NCBI GenBank assembly: GCA_038045945.1
Contig: JBBSXC010000004.1
Span: 160,001-224,000, forward strand
Origin: Nanobdellota archaeon
GTDB taxonomy: Archaea > Nanobdellota > Nanobdellia > Pacearchaeales > GW2011-AR1
Length of the DNA: 64,000 nucleotides
Reading direction: 5' to 3'
Shown: in pieces, positions 19,088 through 27,611 of the stretch
How positions within the stretch are numbered: position 1 is the first letter of the stretch
Layout of the letters: every line of letters starts with the position of its first letter
The notes under the pieces: generated by a model
The model's input: only the letters and a program-made list of their open reading frames with translations
Told to the model about the DNA's origin: nothing
Database searches by the model: none
Position numbers and translations under genes: made by a program

Positions 19088-20863
19088 ATGAGTAAAGAAG
19101 TTAAGAATGATAAGAAATATTTAGACGACTTAAGACATAGTTGTGCTCATTTATTAGCAGCAGCAGTTTTAGAATTATATCCTGATGCGAAAAGAACTAT
19201 TGGCCCACCAATTGAAGAGGGATTCTATTTCGATTTTGATTTTGGACAGACAACAATAAAGGAAGAAGACTTGCCAAAAATCGAGAAGAAAATGGGAGAA
19301 ATCCTTAAAGGTTGGAAGTCTTTCGAAAAAAAAGAAGTAACACCAGCAGAAGCAAAAAAAGAATACAAGAATAACGAGTACAAAATTGAACTAATAGATG
19401 AATTCTCAAAAGACTCTAAAAAATTAACATTTTACAAAAGTGGAAACTACACAGACCTTTGTAAAGGAGGACACGTAGATAATCCGTCAAAAGAAATTGT
19501 TGCTTTCAAACTCCTAAAAATCGCTGGGGCGTACTGGAGAGGTAATGAAAAAAATAAGATGCTAACAAGAATTTATGGTACTTGTTTTGGAAGCCAAAAA
19601 GAATTAGAAGAATACGTTAATAGGTTATCAGAAGCAGAAAAAAGAGACCATAGAAAAATAGGCAAAGAATTAGGACTCTTCACATTTTCGGAACATATCG
19701 GAAGCGGGCTACCACTGTACACACCAGACGGGGCATCGATCAGACTAGCAATCACTAACTATGTAGAGTCAATGCAAACAGCTAAAGACTACACACAGGT
19801 ATGGACTCCACAAATAGCTAAAGCCAAACTTTTTCAAATATCAGGACATTATGATAAGTACAAAGACTCAATGTTTAGAGTAGTAAGCAATTATTCTAAT
19901 GAAGAATTCTTCCTAAAACCAATGAACTGTCCGCAACATACACAAATATACGCATCAGAACCACACAGCTACAGAGACTTACCATTAAGATTCGCAGATT
20001 TCGCAATGCTTTACAGAGACGAAAAACCAGGAGAACTAAGCGGATTATCAAGAGTTAGAGCATTCTCACAAGATGACTGTCACATATTCTGCACAGAAGA
20101 ACAAGTTGACGAAGAAATAGACAAAGCATTAGAAATGACTAAAGAAATAATGAAGACGTTCGGACTAAAATACAAGTACAGATTATCAACAAGAGACCTT
20201 AGTCAGCCAGAGAAATATTTAGGAGAACCAAAAACTTGGGACAAAGTAGAAAAATGGGCTGAGAAAATAATGAAAAGAAACAAGATAGAATACTTCGACG
20301 GTCCGGGAGAGGCAGCATTCTACGCACCTAAAATGGACTTAATAGCTACAGATGCATTAGGAAGAGAATGGCAACTATCAACAATACAAATAGACTTTGT
20401 TATGCCAGAAAGATTCAAACTAGAATACGCAGCACAAGATGGAACTGTAAAAAGGCCAGTGATGCTCCACAGAGCAATAGTAGGTTCCCCAGAGAGGTTC
20501 ATGATGATACTAATAGAACACTTCGCAGGATCATTCCCAGTATGGCTTTCACCAACACAAATAATAGTTTTACCAATAAGCGAGAAGTTTAATAGTTCAG
20601 CAGAAAAAACTAAAGAGAAACTAAAAGCACTAATGCCAGGAATAAAAGTTAAGATTGATTCAGCTAACGAATCACTACAAAAGAAAATTAGAAATGCGCA
20701 ACTAAAAAAGATCCCTTACATGCTAGTTGTCGGAGAAAGAGAAGAAAAAGCAGGAACAGCTGCCGTACGTTTAAGAACAGGAGAACAATTAGGAGAACTA
20801 AAACTTGAAAAAATAGCAGAAAGAGTTAAAGAAAAAATATCTAGCAAGAGTCTTGAATTATAA
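19088..20863 (+). CDS. thrS: Threonine--tRNA ligase, bacterial type
   Basis: RHSCAHLL and DLCKGGH editing motifs, RDHRKIG, KPMNCP, RVRAFSQDD, WQLSTIQ, HRA..GS.ER. Confidence 0.96.
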   Translation: MSKEVKNDKKYLDDLRHSCAHLLAAAVLELYPDAKRTIGPPIEEGFYFDFDFGQTTIKEEDLPKIEKKMGEILKGWKSFEKKEVTPAEAKKEYKNNEYKIELIDEFSKDSKKLTFYKSGNYTDLCKGGHVDNPSKEIVAFKLLKIAGAYWRGNEKNKMLTRIYGTCFGSQKELEEYVNRLSEAEKRDHRKIGKELGLFTFSEHIGSGLPLYTPDGASIRLAITNYVESMQTAKDYTQVWTPQIAKAKLFQISGHYDKYKDSMFRVVSNYSNEEFFLKPMNCPQHTQIYASEPHSYRDLPLRFADFAMLYRDEKPGELSGLSRVRAFSQDDCHIFCTEEQVDEEIDKALEMTKEIMKTFGLKYKYRLSTRDLSQPEKYLGEPKTWDKVEKWAEKIMKRNKIEYFDGPGEAAFYAPKMDLIATDALGREWQLSTIQIDFVMPERFKLEYAAQDGTVKRPVMLHRAIVGSPERFMMILIEHFAGSFPVWLSPTQIIVLPISEKFNSSAEKTKEKLKALMPGIKVKIDSANESLQKKIRNAQLKKIPYMLVVGEREEKAGTAAVRLRTGEQLGELKLEKIAERVKEKISSKSLEL

Positions 20864-20897
20864 TAAAACTTAAAAGCATTGAAAGACCCATAACAAC

Positions 20898-21146
20898 ATG
20901 AAAAATTATGAAAGTAATTGTGGCAAAGTAACGAAAAAACCTGCGGTAAGAGATGTTCAACCAGGAAGCATGATTACGCCAGAACAGTTTTATTGTGCTC
21001 ATGCAACAGGAAATTATTTAGATGAAGGAAGTATAAGATGCAATATAGATGACTCTCGATGCCCCATTTATGACAAGTTAGCCGAAGTTATAAGATCCGA
21101 GAGAAGATTACCAAAATGGGCGGGTAATTTGGAAGAAGTAGCATAA
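20898..21146 (+). CDS. Hypothetical small Cys-containing protein
   Basis: ORF with upstream TTAAAA box; four cysteines; no family recognised. Confidence 0.5.
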   Translation: MKNYESNCGKVTKKPAVRDVQPGSMITPEQFYCAHATGNYLDEGSIRCNIDDSRCPIYDKLAEVIRSERRLPKWAGNLEEVA

Positions 21147-21152
21147 AAATAA

Positions 21153-22130
21153 TTATTCACTTTCTAACTCTATACCTCTCAAAAAGTAAAATCCGTAAAC
21201 AAACAACAAAGCTAGTGAGATGAAGGGGTGAAGAATCCAGGCAAGGTCAGGCTTTCTAAAAAATCCAGCAGTTGAGTCTTTTATGGGCAAAATGATTGTT
21301 ATTATGTATAATCCTAAGAGTAACATTTTTGATTTACTAACACCGTAAGTTGAGTATCTTCCTATTTCCATGTTGCTTCTTCTTTTAACACGTCTAAGCT
21401 TCTTACGGAAAAAAGTCTTAAGACTACCATCTTGTTTGTGAACAATTCCTTGTTTAACTTTAGCAATATGATCATAACCTAAGTTTACTAAGTCTCTAAG
21501 AAAGACTGTGTGGTTTAAAGGATTATTTTTTACTTTGTAGAACAATTCTTTGCGAAAGAAGAATCCGTTTGATCCGCCAGCAGGAACAAAACCCTTCTTG
21601 TAAACAACCTCATAATAATCCCCCTTATCAGCGATTGATTTTTTGTTTCCTACAATTTTACCGTTAAAGTAGCACATTCGGTCATTTGCGCCCAGATAAC
21701 TTGCTATCGGGTCGTCACCACCAATGAGGGCATTATAACGAGTGATTATGTCATCGCCTTTCCTAACCTCAAAATATAACGTATCAGAAAAAGAAATTTT
21801 TTTATCATTAAATGGAGTTACCATTTTTTTAAGCCAACCCTTATCACTTGGTAAAAAGTTATCTGCATCAATAAAACCGATTATTTCTCCTTTAGCGTAC
21901 TTAGTTATTGCTAAGGGTTTTGCTTTTTCTTCTATACGGCCAGGATTCTTTATTAGTTTAAATTGAGGGTACTTCTTGATAATTTTTATTGTTGAGTCTG
22001 TTGATCCACCATCAGCAATTATTACTTGAAAAAGTTTCTTGGGATAATCTTGGTTAGCTATTGATTTTAAACATTCGTTAAGTGTTGACTCATTATTATA
22101 CGTTGGTAGCACAATAGTTACAGACTTCAT
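21153..22130 (-). CDS. GT2 glycosyltransferase with C-terminal TM helices
   Basis: IVLPTYN, DGGSTDST, FIDAD. Confidence 0.88.
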   Translation of the reverse strand: MKSVTIVLPTYNNESTLNECLKSIANQDYPKKLFQVIIADGGSTDSTIKIIKKYPQFKLIKNPGRIEEKAKPLAITKYAKGEIIGFIDADNFLPSDKGWLKKMVTPFNDKKISFSDTLYFEVRKGDDIITRYNALIGGDDPIASYLGANDRMCYFNGKIVGNKKSIADKGDYYEVVYKKGFVPAGGSNGFFFRKELFYKVKNNPLNHTVFLRDLVNLGYDHIAKVKQGIVHKQDGSLKTFFRKKLRRVKRRSNMEIGRYSTYGVSKSKMLLLGLYIITIILPIKDSTAGFFRKPDLAWILHPFISLALLFVYGFYFLRGIELESE

Positions 22131-22186
22131 AAAATCGTAATGATCACAGAAGTTTATAAATTAATTCTTCTTCTTAAAGAAAATAA

Positions 22187-22831
22187 TTATTTCTTGTACA
22201 AACTTCTCTTAAACTTAGGATAAACAATAGACCAGGTAGTAAACAAGATAATAATTAATAATGAAGCACCAATTAATTGGTATTTGAAATCTAAAGAACC
22301 AATATAAGAAATTAGTAAGGCATGAGGGATAATACTAATCGCTGTGGCTAATGCATACTCACTAAAGGGAATCTTACTAAATAAACCAAAGGCGTAAGAA
22401 AGAATATCAAGAGGGAGTAAAATTCTTATTACCACAATACTCCAAAAACGATTCTTGTTAGAAATAAGAGATTCTAAACGTTTAACCTCCATAACCGGAG
22501 CAAAACGGGCGACAACGCGAGAACCAAACTTACGAGCAATAATAAAAGCTAATAAAGCCCCAGCAAACCAACCAATAAAAGTAAGAACAGAAGCTAAAGG
22601 CCAGCCCCATAGGTTAGAAGCAAGAGGAATAAGGGGAAAAGTGTTAATTGGAGCGAATAGTGAAGCAAGAAATTCTATAACAGCATAAGTAACCATGCTA
22701 GAAACATTATCGCCCAAATACCCTTCAAAAAAAGAAATATTTTTCTGAATAAAATAAGAAGAAACTAAAAAGATTATGATAACCAGAACCAAAGAATATA
22801 TCGTTTTAGCGTCACTCTTACTAATCTTCAT
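22187..22831 (-). CDS. VTT/DedA (TVP38/TMEM64) family membrane protein
   Basis: GALLAFIIARKFG, RIL.P.D.LSY..G pattern. Confidence 0.85.
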   Translation of the reverse strand: MKISKSDAKTIYSLVLVIIIFLVSSYFIQKNISFFEGYLGDNVSSMVTYAVIEFLASLFAPINTFPLIPLASNLWGWPLASVLTFIGWFAGALLAFIIARKFGSRVVARFAPVMEVKRLESLISNKNRFWSIVVIRILLPLDILSYAFGLFSKIPFSEYALATAISIIPHALLISYIGSLDFKYQLIGASLLIIILFTTWSIVYPKFKRSLYKK

Positions 22832-22949
22832 AATATTATGATGAAAAATGAACTAAATATACTTAGCTGTATAAAAAAAGACTAACTGGAAGCAACATTA
22901 AAAACCATAAACGTTATATAGCGATAAGGGACTTGATAAAAAATGAACA

Positions 22950-23693
22950 ATGGTTGAAGAACTAATAAAAAACTTTGATAAATTGTTAACAGATAACCAA
23001 ACGATTGTCATGTCTGTTAGTTGCATAGTCGAGTATAGCGGTAGAGCCGAAAGCGAACTGGAAAAAGGAGATAGAATAATAATCATAAAGTCAGATAACG
23101 CACTCCTAGTTCATCAGCCTGCTGGCAACAACCCTGTTAACCATATGAGAAGTGGAGGAAAACACAAAATAGTAACATCAGACTTGGACGAAGGAGAAAA
23201 ATTCCGGATTATTAGCGAACACACAAAACACAAAGAACACCTAAAAATAAAAGTTTTTGACCTATACTTCTACAAATCACAAAAACTCACAGATAACGAA
23301 CAAATAATGACTAAAGGAACAGAGTTTGATATGAGTGAAATGCTATACACCAACCCTAAAATGATAAGTGATGATTTCAAACCATTAAGTCGAGAAGAAC
23401 ACACAAAGTACGGATTCATTGACGTATTCGGCTACGATAAAAACAACAAACTAATAATTGTTGAGTGTAAAAGAACAAAAGCAGACCTTCACGCAGTCAC
23501 TCAACTAAGACGTTACGTAGAAAAAATCAAAGAAAACAAAGGAGTAACAAACGTTGGAGGAATTGTCGCAAGCCCAGAAATAAGTGATAACGCTAAAAAA
23601 ATGCTTGAAGACTGGGGATTCACATGGAAACAAATAAGCCCACCAAGAAACAAAGAAGAAAGAGACAAGAAGCAACAAAAACTAGGGTTCTAG
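22950..23693 (+). CDS. nucS: Mismatch-specific endonuclease NucS/EndoMS
   Basis: Y.GRA.S.L..GDRIIIIK.D...LVH, G.ID....D......VE.KR, QL.RY. Confidence 0.95.
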   Translation: MVEELIKNFDKLLTDNQTIVMSVSCIVEYSGRAESELEKGDRIIIIKSDNALLVHQPAGNNPVNHMRSGGKHKIVTSDLDEGEKFRIISEHTKHKEHLKIKVFDLYFYKSQKLTDNEQIMTKGTEFDMSEMLYTNPKMISDDFKPLSREEHTKYGFIDVFGYDKNNKLIIVECKRTKADLHAVTQLRRYVEKIKENKGVTNVGGIVASPEISDNAKKMLEDWGFTWKQISPPRNKEERDKKQQKLGF

Positions 23694-23707
23694 CTTGTAC
23701 AAACTCT

Positions 23708-24493
23708 CTATTTTATCATGTCACTAAAACTCTTGTGAACTAAGTTACCTTTTCCGTCATCAACATATTTTTCTTTCACTAAGTGATCACAAAGCACTTT
23801 AGGGTTGCAAAAAGGAACAAAACCAGCATTAAATGCTTGGTCAATAAAGAAACGGTCATCATCAGCGCCGCCATTACTACTAAACTTACCGTAACGAAGA
23901 TCTAAAAAAACATCACGAGAAATAAGCATACAACCAGCAGAAGGAAGATTAACCTCCAGAACAGCACCAGAATCAATCTCTTCAGGAGTAATATGTCTAC
24001 GCAAATCGCTACGAGAAAGAGAAGAATAAGAAGGAATTTTTTGCAATTCAGAAAATTCTTCAACAGTTAAGAGTTTCCAAGCAACAGGAAGCCACTTCTT
24101 TTGACCAGAAACAACAAAAAAATTGTAATACAAACCACTAACAATATCCTTATCACAAGCAAGAAGTTCTTGAATAACATTCTTAGGAGGGATGACATCG
24201 CTATCAAGCATCAAAACATGAGAATAATCCTTAGCAATAGCATACTCAAGAATCAAGTTACGACTACTAATAAGACGAAAAACAGACTTTTCTTCATCAC
24301 TATGATCATGAATAACAGTAATATCCCAAATTTTTCGGAGTTCATTAAAATAATCAAGATTACGAGAATTATCAACAATTAAGACATCATACCCAGGATA
24401 ATCAAGACTTTTAATCCTATCAAAAAATTCTTTTTCACAATATTTCATACCATCAAAAGTAGGAGCAGCAACCAAGACCTTAGGACGAATCAT
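23708..24493 (-). CDS. GT2-like glycosyltransferase
   Basis: LIVDNS, SRN, LMLDSDV, IVSGLY, AGCMLISR, DD..F. Confidence 0.8.
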   Translation of the reverse strand: MIRPKVLVAAPTFDGMKYCEKEFFDRIKSLDYPGYDVLIVDNSRNLDYFNELRKIWDITVIHDHSDEEKSVFRLISSRNLILEYAIAKDYSHVLMLDSDVIPPKNVIQELLACDKDIVSGLYYNFFVVSGQKKWLPVAWKLLTVEEFSELQKIPSYSSLSRSDLRRHITPEEIDSGAVLEVNLPSAGCMLISRDVFLDLRYGKFSSNGGADDDRFFIDQAFNAGFVPFCNPKVLCDHLVKEKYVDDGKGNLVHKSFSDMIK

Positions 24494-24548
24494 AAGAATA
24501 AGTAGCAAGAAGAAGTTTTTAAGAATATGGAATGTACAAACTCATCGA

Positions 24549-25067
24549 TTAGCCTTTAGAAGTAGGGGTGTCATCAACCTTTTCAGAAAAATTTTTTGTT
24601 ATAATTTCAGGTAGTCTATATCCAGCCTTTTCAAGATTATTTCTAACCTCTTTATAGAATTGTAAATTGTGAATCATGGCATGACAGTTAGGACAAAGAG
24701 GAGCAAAGTTTGAGGGATCATTATTCTTATGATTTAAATCTAAGTGATGAAGATGAACAACCTTAGTAAAACCACAAGAAGCACAGACTTTAGTTCTTTC
24801 GAGATACTCCCTATAATCCAAATTAAATTCTCTTTTAACCTTTCTAACCTTCTCGTATTCTAATCTAAAAATAGTATTATAACAGCCACCACAATACCCC
24901 TTTCCTTTCTGAGGCAAAGTTCTTTCACACCTCAAACACCTAATTTTAGGCTCATCCCACAATAATTTTTAGTAGCACCACTTACAAATATTTTTCTCAA
25001 GTCTTTTATTAAAACCTAGGTCATTCTTAGTTTTATTACAATTTTCACAAACACCCACTTTAGACAT
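24549..25067 (-). pseudogene. Zn-finger HNH endonuclease with in-frame TAA
   Basis: From ATG 25067: MSKVGVCENC...ICKWCY*KLLWDEPKIRCLRC...CGGC...CASCG...HLHHLDLNHKNN...LCPNCH; TAA at 24969-24971 is in frame with the ORF-track fragment 24549..24962. Confidence 0.75.
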
Positions 25068-25075
25068 AAAGTTGT

Positions 25076-25112
25076 TAGGTACCTAGAATATATAAATCTT
25101 TTGGTACCTAAA
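25076..25112. promoter_or_regulatory. Paired palindromic operators in divergent HNH/AbrB promoter
   Basis: TAGGTACCTA (25076-25085) and TTGGTACCTA (25101-25110) interleaved with TATA-like boxes. Confidence 0.55.
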
Positions 25113-25143
25113 GGTTTTAATATAGCGAACGCATTACTTAACT

Positions 25144-25320
25144 GTGAAACTACAAAAACAAAAGACAGGAGAAGGAGACAGAGGACCCTATTACAAGTAC
25201 GTATTAGTATTACCTCAAGTCAAGATCGAATCGGCAGGATTCAAAGAAGGAGAAGAATTAGAAGCAGAAGTAAAGGGTAACCAAATAATAATAAAAAAAT
25301 TAGAAAAGAAAACTAATTGA
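25144..25320 (+). CDS. AbrB/MazE/SpoVT-family DNA-binding protein (58 aa)
   Basis: Not in ORF track. GTG start: MKLQKQKTGEGDRGPYYKYVLVLPQVKIESAGFKEGEELEAEVKGNQIIIKKLEKKTN; LP....E..G...G.EL.......I.I pattern. Confidence 0.8.
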   Translation: MKLQKQKTGEGDRGPYYKYVLVLPQVKIESAGFKEGEELEAEVKGNQIIIKKLEKKTN

Positions 25321-25373
25321 TTGTACAAACTCATTAAAAGGAAAGGTTTTTTAGCAAGAGACTAGTAAGATAG

Positions 25374-25718
25374 ATGATGGACAAAGTTAATGATTGGGGT
25401 TTTGACTTCTGGTTGCACTTGATAATAATAACCGCTTTTTGGGTTTCGCCATTATTCTTGAGTTGGTGGATAATACTTATAATGACAGGAGGATATTATC
25501 TTCAACTGTTGATTTTTGGAGATTGTATACTAAGCAAAAAACAGTTTAGGACCAAGAAGAGAAGCGTAACATTTTATTGGTATTACGGAAGGAAGTTATT
25601 TCCCGAGCTAGACATGATGAAAGTGAGGTTTTGTGCAGATTGGGTGTTCCCATACATAATTTTAGGGGTAGCAATAATTACACAGACTATTTTTGGGTAC
25701 AGACCACTAATTTTTTGA
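25374..25718 (+). CDS. Small membrane protein (DUF2784-like)
   Basis: Three hydrophobic segments, FWLH...FGDCIL motif; atypical codon use. Confidence 0.6.
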   Translation: MMDKVNDWGFDFWLHLIIITAFWVSPLFLSWWIILIMTGGYYLQLLIFGDCILSKKQFRTKKRSVTFYWYYGRKLFPELDMMKVRFCADWVFPYIILGVAIITQTIFGYRPLIF

Positions 25719-25740
25719 CCTTAGTATATAATAAGACGTA

Positions 25741-26162
25741 TGCAAGAAGTTTTAAGCGAAGATTGAAGGTTTTAGCACGACTAAAGGTTTAAAAGACAAG
25801 AAAGCTATTAAGAGATATGAAAGAGAGAAGTAAACTGATATTAGGATTTATAGGGCTATTCTCAATAACAGGGATAACTGCGTTCTTAACAAAGCAGGGT
25901 ATAGAAGCCCTAGTAATGATAAAAGACACCCTAAACCACGCATTGTAAGGCTAATTCTTAAAAGGCCAGGTAATTCTAACCAAAATAATGAAAATAGGCC
26001 CATAAAGAGGGCTTTTAGGCACCTAAAAAGGCTGCCCAATGTACCTTGTGCAAACTTATGAGGAGATTTTAGGCATATTTTAAGGATTTTTAGACAAATT
26101 TTTCTAATTTCCAATAAAAACTATGCTTGCAGGAAGTTTTAAGCAAAGATTAAAAGATTTAG
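25741..26162 (+). repeat. Imperfect 35-bp direct repeat pair (25741-25775, 26128-26162)
   Basis: TGCAAGAAGTTTTAAGCGAAGATTGAAGGTTTTAG vs TGCAGGAAGTTTTAAGCAAAGATTAAAAGATTTAG, 30/35 identical by manual alignment. Confidence 0.7.
25817..25948 (+). CDS. Small single-TM protein (43 aa)
   Basis: Not in ORF track. MKERSKLILGFIGLFSITGITAFLTKQGIEALVMIKDTLNHAL; TTTAAAA about 25 bp upstream. Confidence 0.5.
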   Translation: MKERSKLILGFIGLFSITGITAFLTKQGIEALVMIKDTLNHAL

Positions 26163-26476
26163 AAAGGAAATTTTAGTCGTTTTTCTTGAATAAAGTTAAG
26201 GGTTTGAGAAGCAGATGAATCAAAATATCCGCCTTGCAAAGAGCCAAGAAGATCTGACCCAACACCATAGTCAATTGTAAAAAATCTAAAGGCACCCTCA
26301 ACAGCAGGTTGAAATTTATCCCTTGGAGAACTAATGGAAGATAAATCGTCAATAGAAGATTGTACAAACCTGCGCAAAATCACCTGTTCAGACAGAGTAA
26401 GGTCAAGACCAAGATAACATAGAATCATCTTGCGAGATAAGATAAATTCATCCTGAACATCATAAGCTCCAACCAT
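26159..26476 (-). CDS. Hypothetical protein
   Basis: ORF with T/G-ending codons typical of minus-strand genes here; no family recognised. Confidence 0.5.
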   Translation of the reverse strand: MVGAYDVQDEFILSRKMILCYLGLDLTLSEQVILRRFVQSSIDDLSSISSPRDKFQPAVEGAFRFFTIDYGVGSDLLGSLQGGYFDSSASQTLNFIQEKRLKFPF

Positions 26477-26635
26477 GAAAAGTAAACTAAAGCAAGCCTA
26501 TTAATAGTTTACTAATCCTAAAACTCCCAGTTACGAGACCTAAAACACACTTTTCCTCACGCAAAAAGATTCAATCTAAAACTAAAACTTCTTGCGAAAG
26601 CTAATAAAGAAAAATTAAAGAAAAAATGTCCCAAA

Positions 26636-26773
26636 TTAAGGAACGAAGCTAAGAATTCCAGCAATGATTAGGTAAACTCCAACAGCCCACCTTAAAAGAC
26701 CAGGCACAGCTAGGACTAAAATACCCACCAATATAGCTAAAATTCCTGAAATTGTTAAACCAATAGATGCCAT
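26636..26773 (-). CDS. DUF3096-like small membrane protein (45 aa)
   Basis: Not in ORF track. MASIGLTISGILAILVGILVLAVPGLLRWAVGVYLIIAGILSFVP; SD GGAGGT upstream. Confidence 0.8.
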   Translation of the reverse strand: MASIGLTISGILAILVGILVLAVPGLLRWAVGVYLIIAGILSFVP

Positions 26774-26889
26774 TTTTTTTGACCTCCAAGAAACAAAAAG
26801 CCAAGAACCAATAAAAAACTAAGTAGTATATTTCTCGACTAAAAACCCTAAAATCGTAAAAATAAAAATAAAAGAATGTTAGAGGGTAA

Positions 26890-27030
26890 CTAGTTCCCCA
26901 AGAAACTAATAAGCCCTATAGCAATCAAGTAAAGGCCAAGAGCCCACCTGAGAAGCTTAGGAACAAAGATAACCAGAAGACCAGCAACGATAGCCAGAAT
27001 TCCAGAGATTGCAAGACTAATAGCAACCAT
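26890..27030 (-). CDS. DUF3096-like small membrane protein (46 aa), paralog
   Basis: Not in ORF track. MVAISLAISGILAIVAGLLVIFVPKLLRWALGLYLIAIGLISFLGN; shares ISGILAI..G...P.LLRWA.G.YLI..G. Confidence 0.8.
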   Translation of the reverse strand: MVAISLAISGILAIVAGLLVIFVPKLLRWALGLYLIAIGLISFLGN

Positions 27031-27031
27031 C

Positions 27032-27211
27032 TTATTTATACGAATAATTCCTAACTAGCTTACTAACACCAATAGCTAAGAACGAAAGAGCAACGACCCA
27101 ATCAACCCATAGAGCTGTAAAGACACTAAGGGCAGAAGAAAGGTAAGCACCCATTCTTAACGTTAATAAAAGTCCAATAAGTGTAACGAGCCAAGCAGTA
27201 AGTTTTGCCAT
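27032..27211 (-). CDS. Small two-TM protein (59 aa)
   Basis: Not in ORF track. MAKLTAWLVTLIGLLL...WVVALSFLAIGVSKLVRNYSYK; GGGGG SD; stop 1 nt before the next ATG. Confidence 0.7.
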   Translation of the reverse strand: MAKLTAWLVTLIGLLLTLRMGAYLSSALSVFTALWVDWVVALSFLAIGVSKLVRNYSYK

Positions 27212-27385
27212 AATTATAACCCCCTTTAGAAAATAGAAAGGAAACGAAATTATATAAACCTATCGTGAAAGGGTAAAGATATGACGATAAAGTATGAGAA
27301 ATCCATTAAAACGAAGATGGCCAAAAGATTAAAAATTACTAACGCAAACTACCTAAAAATTTAACAACATCTGCAAGACCTATCG

Positions 27386-27492
27386 AGGCTGTTTAAGGGT
27401 GTTTAGAGGTGTTTAAACAGCTGTTTGTTGGAATAAAATACAGTTTAGAGGTGTTTAAACAGCTGTTTGTTGGATTCATTCCAACAGATAAT
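27386..27492. repeat. Non-coding iteron-like repeat hub
   Basis: TGTTTA at 27390/27400/27410 (10-bp phase); exact 32-bp direct repeat GTTTAGAGGTGTTTAAACAGCTGTTTGTTGGA at 27401-27432 and 27443-27474; inverted repeat TGTTGGA-N5-TCCAACA at 27468-27486. Confidence 0.9.
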
Positions 27493-27611
27493 TAGCATTC
27501 ACAGAGACGAGAGACAAAATAAGAAAATAAAAGTTAAGAAAGAGCATTTCTGCCGTCGAGAAAGAATCTACTCAGAAAACATTTAAATAGTCTTTTTTGC
27601 AATAAAATAAC

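Noticed and set aside
24969-24971. Stop-codon reassignment suggested by the in-frame TAA
   Set aside because: TAA, TAG and TGA all terminate conserved genes normally in this window; a single case fits a nonsense mutation or sequencing error
25720-25750. dif-like site TAGTATATAA-TAAGAC-GTATGCAAG
   Set aside because: Arms are poorly symmetric and the right arm does not start with TTAT; no convincing dif identified by eye
25848-26114. 88-aa minus-strand ORF
   Set aside because: TTG start, no recognisable features, and it overlaps a better-supported + strand small ORF that has a TATA box
27401-27474. 32-bp direct repeat as a mini CRISPR array
   Set aside because: Only two copies separated by 10 bp, far shorter than a spacer; no cas genes in the window
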